Notes: generated by a model not told the origin, from the letters alone. DNA of 64,000 bases from an uncultured Chloroflexia bacterium (GCA_963752475.1 CAVVYR010000004.1:160001-224000), one strand, 5' to 3'. Counted from the stretch's first letter, positions 22,390 through 33,143 are shown. Made by a program: numbers and translations.

Positions 22390-22643
22390 TTGCGTCACTC
22401 AGCCTGTTTGCGTCGCTCGGCGTTCGGCAGCTCGCAGGTGTGCGTGGTGCTGTGCTCGGCCGACGTGCTGGATCTGGGCGCAGGAATGCGCCACACCCCG
22501 AGGAGGCGGCGCGCTTGGTACGAGTCCGGGCGCCCTCGATGGCGCCGACTCACACTCGACCGCCGCGAATGGTCGGTGGTGCCGACCGGCTCTAGACGCG
22601 GCGTCCTCGACTCGCCACACTGGCCTCCTGAGGAGGTGCGCTG

Positions 22644-23066
22644 ATGCGAGTGGTGCGAGGGGCGGCCAACGCCGTCCTGATGGTGACGTTGATCAAGCCG
22701 CTGGCGCGGCTGATGGTGGGCAGATGGCGGAAGCAGGTGCAGGAGTCGCCAGCGGCCTCGCTCGGCATCCCCATGCAGGAGATGTTGGAGGCTGCCCTGG
22801 TCGAAGAGTTGGGGCCGGCTACGACTGAGAGTCAGGCAGCGGAGCTCGAGGCGGCCGTGACCGAGGCAGGACGGAGCACGCTCCGGCTGCTGCTTCTGGC
22901 AGGGATCGTGATCGCGGCCACCACGGCCACGGCCTACGCGGTGGCGAGCTACATCGGCCGACGGCGCAAGGCGCAAGCCGAAGAGCACAAGCTCGTGGCC
23001 GTGTCCATCGAGACCGACTCGCCGCAGCCGATCGAGGATGTGGCCCAGGAGGCGCTGTCCGGCTGA
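22644..23066 (+). CDS. Hypothetical membrane-anchored protein
   Basis: AGGAGG RBS, one hydrophobic segment followed by RRRK. Confidence 0.6.
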   Translation: MRVVRGAANAVLMVTLIKPLARLMVGRWRKQVQESPAASLGIPMQEMLEAALVEELGPATTESQAAELEAAVTEAGRSTLRLLLLAGIVIAATTATAYAVASYIGRRRKAQAEEHKLVAVSIETDSPQPIEDVAQEALSG

Positions 23067-23079
23067 GGCCGCGCTCGGA

Positions 23080-24339
23080 CTATGGCGTGGCCTTGACGTG
23101 GAAGGCCGCGAACCCCTGCGTGGCCGGCCGCTGACGGCCGTCCGAGGGCTTGTTGGCGACCACGAACTTCGTGGTGCGCTTGTCGAAGCGGGCCATCACC
23201 GAGGAGCCGCCACCGTCGAGGTTGAAGGCCTGTTCGGCCCCGAGTGCCACCATCAGGTGACCCATCTCGCCGAGCGTCACGCCACGGCTGCCCCTGCGCC
23301 GACCGTCGACGACCACCATCAGGACCTCACCGTCCGCGGTGATGCCGAGGCCGGTGCGCGGGTGGCGCTGCCAACCGGGAGGGTACGCCTCTCGGCCAGG
23401 CACCTTGGTGACGCCGTCCTTGACCGTGCGGCGGTTACCGCCCTGGGCCTCGACGATCCCCTCCCAGCCATCAGCGGCCTTGACCTTGCCACCACAGGAC
23501 TTGTCGACCCGCCTGACCACCTGCGTCTGGAGCGTCAGGTACTGGCCCTGGGCGAGGTCGTAGACCCAGGTGTCCTCGGGGTCGTTCACCGATAGCACAG
23601 CCATGCCCTTGGGGATGCGCGTGTTGCCCGCACCCGGGAGCACCCGCATCACCCGGACCGTCTGCGTGCCGTTGGCGAGGACGCGTCCTTCGAGCTTGAG
23701 GATGACCTCGACGCCACCCCGCTTCGTCCGAGTCGACCTGGCGAATCGTTCCGTGTAGAGCACGACCGCACCGTCATCGCGATGGGTGTTCAGGCGCTCG
23801 ATCCGTCGCGGTTCGGTCTCGCCGGGCAGCGTCAGGGTGATGTGCTCACGCACGTTGGCGATCCGCGCGGTGCCGTCGCCGTCGACGCCGAGGATCGGCT
23901 TCACGCATTGGAAGGCCGCCAGCAGCTCGCGGTTCGAAACGGCCATCGAGCGAGGCGCGGCATAGGCGTCCTCGCGACCACGGACCGCCATGTCGCCGTT
24001 GACCGCCACCATCGGGCGGAAGCCGGGACGACGTCGCTCGTCGACCATGCGGCGAACGACCAGCTTGCCCACCACCTTGTCGTCCGAGAGCACGGTCTTG
24101 AGCTTGACATCGGGGCGCGAAGGCTGGATGCGGGCGATGTGCACGGCCTGTCGTCGGTCACCCGAGGTCCAGAAGACCCCGCGTTCGTAGCTGACGCCCG
24201 GCCAGAGATCGGTCTTGAACGTGGGCGTGTACGGCGTCGTGATGGCCGCCTCGACGGGCGGGGAGGCCGATGGCACGAGCAAGAAGACGGCCAGGACCGT
24301 CGCGGCCATCGATCGTACGGGGCTGATGGAGAAGACCAT
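23080..24339 (-). CDS. Secreted phosphodiester glycosidase (NAGPA) family protein
   Basis: Signal peptide, AVNGD, HPRTGLG, VVDGR, NLDGGGSS. Confidence 0.85.
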   Translation of the reverse strand: MVFSISPVRSMAATVLAVFLLVPSASPPVEAAITTPYTPTFKTDLWPGVSYERGVFWTSGDRRQAVHIARIQPSRPDVKLKTVLSDDKVVGKLVVRRMVDERRRPGFRPMVAVNGDMAVRGREDAYAAPRSMAVSNRELLAAFQCVKPILGVDGDGTARIANVREHITLTLPGETEPRRIERLNTHRDDGAVVLYTERFARSTRTKRGGVEVILKLEGRVLANGTQTVRVMRVLPGAGNTRIPKGMAVLSVNDPEDTWVYDLAQGQYLTLQTQVVRRVDKSCGGKVKAADGWEGIVEAQGGNRRTVKDGVTKVPGREAYPPGWQRHPRTGLGITADGEVLMVVVDGRRRGSRGVTLGEMGHLMVALGAEQAFNLDGGGSSVMARFDKRTTKFVVANKPSDGRQRPATQGFAAFHVKATP

Positions 24340-24380
24340 GGCCGGGAGTCTACGCAGCCATCACGAGCCTGTCGACGGCG

Positions 24381-25395
24381 CTAGTAGTCACTCGTGGCGA
24401 CGCGCCGACCGCTCTCGAAGGACTCGATGACCGCGTGCGCCAAAGCCAGGGCGCGGCGGCCGGCACGCGCATGCACCGGCGGCTCTTCCCCTGCCCGGAG
24501 GGTATCGAGGAAGGCGTCTGCGTGGCGATCGAAGATGCGGTGGAACATGCGCTCGCTGTCATTGAAGTAGCCGGCCTGCCAGACCTGCGCGATCTCGTCG
24601 CCGGCGCGGTTGAAGGTGTAGCGGCGGACGGTGTCCTCGATGAGTACGCGACCGTCGCGGCCGTTCACCTCCAGCAGGTGGGTGCCGGGATAGGCGTACG
24701 AGGAGTCGTACGAGCCGACGAGGCTGCCGACCGCCCCTGATGCGAAGCCGAGTGCGACCGACATCGTGGTGTAGCCACGGCCGGCCGGGTCGGTCATCTG
24801 CGCCATCACGGTCTCGATGGGGCCACAAAGGTGCTCGAGCATGTCCAGCCCGTGGCACTGCGTCTCGATGAGGCTGGCGTGCGCGTGCTCGCTGTCGCCG
24901 ATCTCGCCCCCGAAGCGCCAGGTGGCGAAGTTGATCGGCCCCAGCTCCCCGGCGTCGATGGCGGCCTTGGCCAACTGCACCGGCTTGGCGTACCGATGGT
25001 TGAAGTTGATGCCGAACCAGAGGTCACGCTCAGCGGCCTCGGCGAGCAGCGTGTCCGCCTGTGCCAGGTCGAAGACGAGCGGTTTCTCGACCAGCAAGGG
25101 CACGCCCGGCACGGATGATGTCGAACGTCGTCTCGAAGTGGGCCTCGTTGGGCAGACACACGGACATCAGGTCCGGCTGGCGCTCGTCGAGCAAGGGTGC
25201 CAGCTCGGTGTAGCCGGCGACCCCGAACTCCGCCGCTCGTGCCCGGGTCTTGTCGGTCGTTCGGCCGAGGATCGCCACGAGCTCCGTGTCGGGGCGCGAG
25301 GCATACAGGCGGGCGTGCTCGCGACCCCACCACTCCCCGGTGCCCACGACCGCGACCTTCAGCACACGCTCCTGCTTCATCCCGACCTCGTTCAT
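24381..25395 (-). CDS. Gfo/Idh/MocA oxidoreductase with one frameshift near 25110
   Basis: VAVVGTGEWWGREH...CLPNEAH in one frame; LLVEKPL...NFNHRY...ETQCHGLD in another. Confidence 0.8.
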
Positions 25396-25598
25396 CACCA
25401 GAACATCTCGTAGAAGACGAGCGCCACGAACCCAAGCACCACTCCGAAGGCGAAGGCGCCCTCGACGATCGCGGTGTTGGACCAATCACGCTTGCCGAAC
25501 GCGCGAACGACAAAGCCGGCGGCGCCGGCCACGACGGCGACGACGAGCACGAAGGCCGCCCACGTGATGACCAGCTCGATGATGTGACCCAACGGCAA
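25395..25598 (-). CDS. Small two-TM membrane protein
   Basis: Two hydrophobic stretches; TGATG coupling to the oxidoreductase. Confidence 0.55.
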   Translation of the reverse strand: MPLGHIIELVITWAAFVLVVAVVAGAAGFVVRAFGKRDWSNTAIVEGAFAFGVVLGFVALVFYEMFW

Positions 25599-25740
25599 CT
25601 CCCTATCGCGATCGCCGACGGATCGACCCTAGCACCGGATCATTCTGTCACCACGGCAAGGAACCGGAGGGGCGGCAGCAGCGTCTCAGGGGTGACGCGT
25701 GCCCGTACGTTCCGGCACGCCCTGAGCGAAGGAGCCCCAG

Positions 25741-26892
25741 ATGCGTGCCTTGCGAACCCCGGTAGCAGCGATCATCAGTACCAGCGTCCTCGTCGGCGCC
25801 ACGGCCGGCGCCACGAGCGCGGCCATCGACGACGCCATCAGCTACACCAGCGCGCCCGACCGCGTGGCGGTCTTCCTCAACAACGTGGCCTACGCCCGTG
25901 ACGAGGTAGCGCTGCCCGGCGGCGTCGACGTCAAGATCGTGCTCCCGCAGACGGTATACCCCGACACACTCGTGCTCCGCGAGAACGGCGAGCGCGTCGC
26001 CAACTACCGGCTCAACTGGAACACCGGGCAGCCGACGATCAAGTGGCAGTCGGCGACCGAGACCGATCTGCGCGACATCTCCATGGAGTACCTGCTCGGT
26101 GGCGTCAGCTGGCGCCCGACGTACGACATGTGGGTCGGTGCCGACGCCGACGAAACCGTCGGCTTCGACTACTTCGCCGAGATCACCGACAGCTCGCTCG
26201 AGCTCGAGGACGTGGAGACGCAGCTGGTGGCCGGCATGGTCGACCTCAACCGGCCCATCGCACCCGCTGCCGAGCTCTCGGTCAACCAGAAGATCGCCGG
26301 TTTCGAAGCGGCGGATGCGCTGGTCGTGTCAGCGCCCGTCGGCCAAGTCGATATCCAGCACACCTACGACATCGGACAATTGACCGCGGACCCAGGTGAC
26401 ACCATCTACTCCCAGCTCGTGGGCCAGGAGCTGCCGGCTCGCCGCCTGCACATCTGGAACGCGCAGACGGACCAGCAGGTCACGGTCATCTACAAGGTCA
26501 AGAACGAGAGTGACCAGCCCTTCAGCGAGGGCGTCGTGCGCAACTACCAGGACGGTCTCTTCATCGGCAGCGACTTCATCGAGCTCACGCCGGTCGGAGG
26601 TGAGGGCAGCGTGACCATCGGCCACCTGCAGGACGTGCGCGTGAAGCGCGAGCAGACGCAGGCTGCCGTGGACATGGGGCGTTTCGACTACCAGTACGAG
26701 ACCACGCTGACGATCGAGAACTTCACCGACACGACGGTGCACATGGACGTCGTCGACTACCTCCCACCGAACGCGGAGGAGCTGAAGGCGTCGATCGAGC
26801 CGCAGCTGGAGCCGGGCAACCTCATGCGCTGGCCCATCAGCGTCGAGCCCGGCGACGAGATGGTCATCACCTACGAGTACCTCGTGGACTGA
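25741..26892 (+). CDS. Secreted DUF4139/DUF4140-like protein
   Basis: Signal peptide, YLLGGVSWRPTYD, C-terminal TLTIENF...V.VVD.LP...LMRW; AAGGAG RBS. Confidence 0.7.
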   Translation: MRALRTPVAAIISTSVLVGATAGATSAAIDDAISYTSAPDRVAVFLNNVAYARDEVALPGGVDVKIVLPQTVYPDTLVLRENGERVANYRLNWNTGQPTIKWQSATETDLRDISMEYLLGGVSWRPTYDMWVGADADETVGFDYFAEITDSSLELEDVETQLVAGMVDLNRPIAPAAELSVNQKIAGFEAADALVVSAPVGQVDIQHTYDIGQLTADPGDTIYSQLVGQELPARRLHIWNAQTDQQVTVIYKVKNESDQPFSEGVVRNYQDGLFIGSDFIELTPVGGEGSVTIGHLQDVRVKREQTQAAVDMGRFDYQYETTLTIENFTDTTVHMDVVDYLPPNAEELKASIEPQLEPGNLMRWPISVEPGDEMVITYEYLVD

Positions 26893-26897
26893 CCGGC

Positions 26898-27030
26898 CTA
26901 CAAGGCCTCTACGTAGACACCGCGGCCGGCTTCGTCAGCGTCGACAAGCCGGCCGATGTCGCCTGGGTCACTAGTCAGGATGGTCGTCAGAGCCTTCGCT
27001 GCTTCAGCCACGACGATGGCGTCGGCTCGA
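26898..27030 (-). pseudogene. C-terminal fragment of a PIN-domain-like protein (repeated at ~28269-28400)
   Basis: DAIVVAEAAKALTTILTSDPGDIGRL, no N-terminus. Confidence 0.45.
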
Positions 27031-27079
27031 CATGCGTCCGCCGGAGCAGCGCGGCGAGCGCCTCCAGCGTTGGGAGGAT

Positions 27080-27210
27080 AGGCTGGCTCGATTCGAGCGT
27101 CCGCTGGAGGAAGTCCGAGATCAGGGGGTCGATGACATCGGGTCGCTGTAACCCCATCAGGTGCCCCACATCCGGCAGGACCTCGACTTCGGCCGAAGGG
27201 ATCCGTGCGC
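27080..27210 (-). pseudogene. C-terminal fragment of an alpha/beta hydrolase
   Basis: RIPSAEVEVLPDVGHLMGLQRPDVIDPLISDFL (catalytic-His region). Confidence 0.55.
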
Positions 27211-27219
27211 AGCTCCACG

Positions 27220-28263
27220 AGCGCGCCGACCGCGTGGCGGTCTGCCTCGACGACGTGGACTACGACCGTGACGAGGTAGCGCTGTCCGGCGGCGTCGACG
27301 TCAAGATCGTGCGGCACGCAGGCGGTCTACCCGATCACGCTCGTGCTTCGCGAGAACGGCGAGCGAGTCGCAACTACCGGCTCAACTGGAGCACCAGCTG
27401 CCCACCATCAGAGTGGCAGTCGGTGACCGAGACCGATCTGCGCGTCATCGCCATGGAGTACCGGATCGGTGGCGTCAGCTGGCGCCCGACGTACGACATG
27501 TGGGTCGGTGCCGACGCCGACTAGACCGTCGGCTTCGACTACTTCGCCGAGCTGATCGACAGCTCGCTCGAGCTCGAGGACGTGGAGACGCAGCTGGTGG
27601 CCGGCATGGACGACCTCAACCGGCCCATCGCACCCGCTGCCGAGCTACTCGGTCAACCAGAAGATCGACGGTTTCGAAGCGGCCGATGCGCTGGTCGTGT
27701 CAGCGCGCGTCGGCCAAGTCGATATCCAGCACACCTACGACATCGGACAATTGACCGCGGACCCAGGTGACACCATCTACGCCCAGCTCATGGGCCAGGA
27801 GCTGCCGGCTCGCCGCCTGCACATCTGGAACGCGCAGACGGACCAGCAGGTCACGGTCATCTACAAGGTCAAGAACGAGAGTGACCAGCTCTTCAGCGAG
27901 GGCGTCATGCGCAACTACCAGGACGGTCTCTTCATCGGCAGCGACTTCATCGAGCTCACGCCGGTCGGAGGTGAGGGCAGCGTGACCATCGGCCACCTGC
28001 AGGACGTGCGCGTGAAGCGCGAGCAGACGCAGGCTGCCGTGGACATGGGGCGTTTCGACTACCAGTACGAGACCACGCTGACGATCGAGAACTTCACCGA
28101 CACGACGGTGCACATGGACGTCGTCGACTACCTCCCACCGAACGCGGAGGAGCTGAAGGCGTCGATCGAGCCGCAGCTGGAGCCGGGCAACCTCATGCGC
28201 TGGCCCATCAGCGTCGAGCCCGGCGACGAGATGGTCATCACCTACGAGTACCTCGTGGACTGA
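27220..28263 (+). pseudogene. 5'-truncated degenerate second copy of the DUF4139 gene
   Basis: Direct repeat of ~25850-26892, offset 1371 bp. It has TAG at 27522-27524 and indels in the 5' half; the 3' half is near-identical. Confidence 0.85.
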
Positions 28264-28407
28264 CCGGCCTAGCAAGGCCTCTACGTAGACACCGCGGCCG
28301 GCTTCGTCAGCGTCGACAAGCCGGCCGATGTCGCCTGGGTCACTAGTCAGGATGGTCGTCAGTGCCTTCGCTGCTGCAGCCACGATCAGGATGGGCGTCG
28401 GCTCGAC

Positions 28408-29229
28408 TCATGCGTCCGCCGCTGCTGCGACGGCTGCGCGGATCTCGTCACGCAGCGCCCTGGCCTCGGCGGCGGGGTCGTCCGCGAAGATGACCCCTCG
28501 CGACGAGTTGATGAGCAGCCCGCGCCCGTCAGCGGCAAGCCCGTTGGACACGACCGTTGCGGCATCGCCACCTTGCGCCCCGACGCCTGGCACCAGGAAC
28601 GTCAGGTCGGGACAGAGCTCGCGCACGCGGGCCAGCTCCGCGGGGTAGGTCGCACCCACCACCAGCAGACAGTTCCCGTTCGCGTTCCACTCGTCGCGGA
28701 CCCGGGTGGCCACCCGCTCCCAGAGCGGGGCGCCGCCGACATCGAGATCCTGCAGCTCGCCAGCACCGGGGTTGCTCGTGCGGCAGAGCACGATGCAGGC
28801 CTTGTCCTGCCGCTCGAGGAACGGCGTCAGGGCCTCCGCGCCAAGGTAGGGGTGCAGCGTCACCGCATCGAACCCCAGCTCGTCGAAGAGGGCTCCGACA
28901 TAGCCGGCGTTGGTGGAGCCGATGTCAGCGCGCTTGGCGTCGGCGATGGTGAAGACGTCCGGTGCGATCGAGAGCAGCAGCTCCATCGTCTGGGCCAGCT
29001 CGTCCCAGCCCTTGGCGCCGCGGGCCTCGTAGAAGGCGAGGTTGGGCTTGTAGGCCGCGGCGTACGGCAGCGTCTGCTCGATGACCCAGCGATTGAACTC
29101 GAACTGTGGGTGGTTCTCCTTGCCGAAGCGCCCGGGAATGCGCTCGATGGCGCTGTCGAGCCCGACGCACACGAGCGAATCGATCGCGTCCATGCGCGCT
29201 TGGAGCCTAGCCAGCGCCAACGCCGTCAT
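28408..29229 (-). CDS. pyrF: Orotidine-5'-phosphate decarboxylase
   Basis: CVGLDS, YKPNLAFYE, DAKRADIGST, RTSNPG, PGVGAQGG, INSSRG. Confidence 0.95.
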   Translation of the reverse strand: MTALALARLQARMDAIDSLVCVGLDSAIERIPGRFGKENHPQFEFNRWVIEQTLPYAAAYKPNLAFYEARGAKGWDELAQTMELLLSIAPDVFTIADAKRADIGSTNAGYVGALFDELGFDAVTLHPYLGAEALTPFLERQDKACIVLCRTSNPGAGELQDLDVGGAPLWERVATRVRDEWNANGNCLLVVGATYPAELARVRELCPDLTFLVPGVGAQGGDAATVVSNGLAADGRGLLINSSRGVIFADDPAAEARALRDEIRAAVAAAADA

Positions 29230-29858
29230 CGACCGCCCCAAGCATGGGGGTCGGCCAGCCACGAGCGGACCGACTGGGCCTGGCGCTCGTCGATGGTGCC
29301 GGCGGCGAGGGCCTCGGCGACGACGACCTCGAAGGTAGTCAGCGTGGTCAGCCTCACGCCGGCTGCGTCGAAGGCCTCTGTGGCCTCGCTGAAGCCGTAG
29401 GTGATGATGGCGAAGCAGTCGGCGATCTCCGCTCCGGCGTCGCGCAGTGCCGCCACGGCCGAGAGGCTGGAGCCGCCGGTCGTGACCATGTCCTCGACGA
29501 GGATGGTGCGCCGGCCGCCGACATCGCCACCCTCGATGCGTCGACCCAGGCCGTGGCCCTTGGCTTCCTTGCGCACGAAGACCGAAGGCATGCCGGCCGA
29601 GAAGGCCAGCGCGCTACTGTGCGGGATGCCAGCAGATTCCACGCCGGCGATGACAGGCCGACCCCTGGGCAGCGCGGCGGCGAAGCCGTCGATGATCACG
29701 CGCCACGGACCGGGCTCGAAGATGAGCTTGCGGTTGTCGACGTAGACGGGTGAGCGCAGGCCGGACTTGAAGGTCACCGGCTCATCTGGGGAGATGCCGA
29801 CCGTGCCGGCATCAAGGAGCGCAAGTGCGACCGCGCTGGAGCGGCTGTCGTCAGGCAT
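29226..29858 (-). CDS. pyrE: Orotate phosphoribosyltransferase
   Basis: FKSGLRSPVYVDNR, VRKEAKGHG, LVEDMVTTGGS. Confidence 0.95.
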   Translation of the reverse strand: MPDDSRSSAVALALLDAGTVGISPDEPVTFKSGLRSPVYVDNRKLIFEPGPWRVIIDGFAAALPRGRPVIAGVESAGIPHSSALAFSAGMPSVFVRKEAKGHGLGRRIEGGDVGGRRTILVEDMVTTGGSSLSAVAALRDAGAEIADCFAIITYGFSEATEAFDAAGVRLTTLTTFEVVVAEALAAGTIDERQAQSVRSWLADPHAWGGR

Positions 29859-30984
29859 CTGGCTCTCCCTCTGGCTCTCCCATTTCGGCCTCTCGCAAGA
29901 TCGATGCCGCCGCGAGCGGTCCTCGCAGCACCATCGCGGTGTAGAGCATCGCCGCCCGCGCGCCGGCAGCCCGGAACGCGAGCAGGTCCTCTCCGTTGAG
30001 GATGCCGCCCCCACCGACGATGTCCAGCCTCAGCCCGGAGACATCGATGGTGCGGTGCAGTCGCGAGACCACGTCGAGCGCACTCGAGCGCAGGCGCGAG
30101 CCACTGACCCCGGCGACCCCGACGCCCTCCGGCGTCGGCTGAGCCAGCGTGTTGGTCGCGACGACGGCGCGTACGCCGGCCTCTCCGAAGGCCCCGACGA
30201 TCCCGGTCAATTGTTCGTCCGAGAGGTCGGGACCGATCTTGACCCAGAGTGGCACATCGACCGCCTCGACGAGGGCCGCGCAGAGCTCTCGCGCCAGCTC
30301 GGCGGACTGGTTGCCTAGCGGGTCGTCCTCGGTATTGGGGCAGGACAGGTTGAGCGTCAGCCACGACGGTCCGGCCTCCAGCCCGGCGAAGGCAGCGGCG
30401 AAGATGCGGGCGGCCTCGACGAGCTCGGTGCGGCTCTGGGCGGCGTCGGTGACACCGGGGCTGACGGCGAGGTTCAGACCCCACGTCGGCGGCAGGTCGC
30501 CCGCATGCCGCGCGAGGTAGGCTGCGGCCGCACGCGCGCCAGGGTTGCGCAGGCCGACCCGGTTCTGCATCCAGCCGGCCGCACTGTCGCGCCAGAGCAC
30601 GCGTCCGCGGTTGCCGAGGCGTGGGTGTCGCGTGTAGGAGCCGAACTCGACGGGGCCGGCCAACGCCGCTGCCGAGCGCCAGCCCGGGATGATGTCCCGC
30701 CCGTCGCGGACCGCGTCCATCGCCTCCTCCTCGGTCGCGAAGCCGTCACCCTTGACCAGGCCGGCAGCCAGGATCGTGGGGTACGGCAGGTAGACCCCGC
30801 CGACGAAGACCGACCGCTTGGGCAGGACCGCCTCGCTCAGGGCCTGAGCCACCGTCAGGAGCGGGCCGGCGCCATCGAGGGTGCGCATCAACGACACCGT
30901 GCGGGCGTGTGCGGTCGTGGCGTCGGTGCGGGCGATCATCGCCGCCGCCGGTCGCCAGGCCAGCTCGTACAGCCGCAGCATCAC
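29851..30984 (-). CDS. pyrD: Dihydroorotate dehydrogenase (divergent)
   Basis: LAAG, NRVGLRNPG, NLSCPNT, VKIGPD, ATNT, GVSG; lies within the pyr operon. Confidence 0.8.
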   Translation of the reverse strand: MMLRLYELAWRPAAAMIARTDATTAHARTVSLMRTLDGAGPLLTVAQALSEAVLPKRSVFVGGVYLPYPTILAAGLVKGDGFATEEEAMDAVRDGRDIIPGWRSAAALAGPVEFGSYTRHPRLGNRGRVLWRDSAAGWMQNRVGLRNPGARAAAAYLARHAGDLPPTWGLNLAVSPGVTDAAQSRTELVEAARIFAAAFAGLEAGPSWLTLNLSCPNTEDDPLGNQSAELARELCAALVEAVDVPLWVKIGPDLSDEQLTGIVGAFGEAGVRAVVATNTLAQPTPEGVGVAGVSGSRLRSSALDVVSRLHRTIDVSGLRLDIVGGGGILNGEDLLAFRAAGARAAMLYTAMVLRGPLAAASILREAEMGEPEGEPDA

Positions 30985-32054
30985 GGAACCAGCCGCCTCC
31001 CCTCGCCCGGCTGCGCCAGCACCTTCTCGCCGTCGAAGGCGACGCGGCCCCGGATACGGACCTCGGTGACGCGACCCCAGACGCGCACGCCCGAGTACGG
31101 CGACCAGCCCGGGCTGCAGTGCAAACCATCGTCGCTGATGACGTAGCTGCTGTCGAGATCGAGCAGCGTGTACGTCTCGGGCGGCGGCACCAGGCCGAAG
31201 ATGCGCTGGGCGTTGATGGCGACCAGCTCCACGAGGCGTTCCGCGGTCAGGCCGCGCTCGCGCATGGCCAGCCCCAGCAGCGGGATGCTCGTCTCGAGGC
31301 CCGGCAGCCCGAAGGGTGGGTTCGCCGACTCCTTCTCCTCGCGAGTGTGTGGCGCGTGGTCGCTCTCGATGGTATCGACGGTGCCATCGAGCACGCCCGC
31401 CCAGAGGGCCTCCTGATCGGCCGGCGTCTTCAGTGGTGGCTTGACCATGGCGAAGCCGCCGAGCCGATCCCGGTCGGACCCATCGAGGTAGAGGTGGTGC
31501 GGCGTGACGCCGATGCTGATGGGCACGCCATCGGCCTTGGCCTCGCGCAGCAGCCTCAACTCGGTGGCCATCGAGACGTGGCAGAAGTGGGCTCGCACAC
31601 CCGTCTCGCGGACCAGTCGCAGGGTCGCCGCGAGGGTCTCGCCCTCAGCGTGCAGGGCCACGGGCTTGTCGGTCGCGCCTGCCCAGGCCAGCAGGTGACG
31701 GCGTCGAGACACATCGTCGTCGAGCAACAGCGTACCGGTGGTGTGGTCGCAGTACATCTTCAGGCCGGCCGCGTCTGGCGCACCGGCCTCGTACTCCGAG
31801 CCATCGGCCGACTGGTCGGCACCCATGTAGAGCCCGAAGTCACAGCGGGCACGGGCAGCGACGAAGTCGTACTTGGACCGCAGGCGCTCCGCGGTCGTGG
31901 TGTTGGGTGGCGTGTTGGGCATGTCGAGCACGGCCCAGTAGCCGCCCGCGAGGGCTGCTGCGGTCTCGCGCTCGACGGTCGCCTTGTGCGCCCAGTCCAG
32001 GTCGCGCAGATGGACGTGCGGGTCCACTGCGCCGGGTATCCGAAGGGTCGTCAC
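30981..32054 (-). CDS. pyrC: Dihydroorotase (compact, CAD-like type)
   Basis: DPHVHLRD, DMPNTPP, HFCHVS, TPHHL, VKPPL, SDHAPH, PGLET. Confidence 0.9.
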   Translation of the reverse strand: MTTLRIPGAVDPHVHLRDLDWAHKATVERETAAALAGGYWAVLDMPNTPPNTTTAERLRSKYDFVAARARCDFGLYMGADQSADGSEYEAGAPDAAGLKMYCDHTTGTLLLDDDVSRRRHLLAWAGATDKPVALHAEGETLAATLRLVRETGVRAHFCHVSMATELRLLREAKADGVPISIGVTPHHLYLDGSDRDRLGGFAMVKPPLKTPADQEALWAGVLDGTVDTIESDHAPHTREEKESANPPFGLPGLETSIPLLGLAMRERGLTAERLVELVAINAQRIFGLVPPPETYTLLDLDSSYVISDDGLHCSPGWSPYSGVRVWGRVTEVRIRGRVAFDGEKVLAQPGEGRRLVP

Positions 32055-32081
32055 GGCCCGTCGCTCCTGGTGACTCGACCG

Positions 32082-33143
32082 CTATTCGTCGTGGGCGCCG
32101 AGCACGCCGGCCAGCAGTGCCATCCGCATATACATGCCGTTCTGCATCTGGTGGAAGTAGACCGAGCGCGGGTCGTTGTCGAGGACCGCGTGATCGATCT
32201 CGGTACCCATCTCGTGCTTGCGCGGCAGCGGGTGCATCAGGATGGCCTCGTCGGAGGCCCTGGCGAGGACATCGGGCGTCATCACGAAGTCGCCCGCGAT
32301 GGCGTCGTAGTCGGCCACCTCCTCGAAGCGCTCCTCCTGGACACGGGTCCAGTAGATGACATCACTCTGGCCGATGACCGAGTCGAGCGAGCTCGTCTCA
32401 TTGACCTCGACGCCGCGTCCCTTGACGAAATCGATGACGCTCTGCGGTGTGCGCAGCGACTCGGGCGAGACGAGGTTGATCTTCAGATCCTCGGCACCGT
32501 AGAGGGCGAGGATCTTGGCCAGCGAGTGGACCGTACGACCGTGAGCGAGGTCGCCCACGAGCGTCACGGACTGGCCGTCCGCGGTGCCCTTGAAATCGAC
32601 GATGGTGAAGAGGTCGAGCAGAGCCTGTGTGGGGTGCTCGCCGATGCCGTCGCCACCGCTGACCACGACCGAGCGGGTGCCGAGTCGGGTGGTCAACTGG
32701 TCGAGCGCGTAGGCGGCCTCGTACGAAGAGCGGACCTCCGGATGGCGGAGCACGACGACGTCGGCATAGCTGCCGGCCGCGCGCACGGAGTCGGCCAGGT
32801 TCTCACCCTTGTAGACCGAGCTGAACTTGACACCGCCGGCGGTGGCCACGACCTCGCCGCCGAGGCGGAGCATGGCCGCCTGGAAGGACATGTCGGTCCG
32901 TGTGCTGGCCTCGAAGAAGAGCGTCGCCATGATGCGACGCCTGCAAAGCTTGAGTACCGACTGATCGCCTGTCCTCACTCGGGACCGAAGATCGCCGGTG
33001 ACCCGGATCAACTCATCGAGGTCCGGCCTGGCGAACTGCTCCACCGAGACGATGTGCTTCCCGGCGAGGGTGCCATCGATGGCGGGCGGGGTGAAAGCGG
33101 CAGAGCCGGTGGACACGCCGACACTGTCGAGCGCAGAGGACAT
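32082..33143 (-). CDS. pyrB: Aspartate carbamoyltransferase (canonical)
   Basis: FFEASTRT, SSVYKGE, GDGIGEHPTQALLD, TRVQEER, HPLPR. Confidence 0.95.
   Translation of the reverse strand: MSSALDSVGVSTGSAAFTPPAIDGTLAGKHIVSVEQFARPDLDELIRVTGDLRSRVRTGDQSVLKLCRRRIMATLFFEASTRTDMSFQAAMLRLGGEVVATAGGVKFSSVYKGENLADSVRAAGSYADVVVLRHPEVRSSYEAAYALDQLTTRLGTRSVVVSGGDGIGEHPTQALLDLFTIVDFKGTADGQSVTLVGDLAHGRTVHSLAKILALYGAEDLKINLVSPESLRTPQSVIDFVKGRGVEVNETSSLDSVIGQSDVIYWTRVQEERFEEVADYDAIAGDFVMTPDVLARASDEAILMHPLPRKHEMGTEIDHAVLDNDPRSVYFHQMQNGMYMRMALLAGVLGAHDE

Noticed and set aside
24381-25395. Programmed frameshift in the Gfo/Idh/MocA gene
   Set aside because: No slippery site is evident, and single-base indels are common throughout this assembly.
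25850-28263. Diversity-generating retroelement TR/VR pair
   Set aside because: Mismatches are not adenine-specific and include indels, the repeat exceeds 1 kb, and no reverse transcriptase is present.
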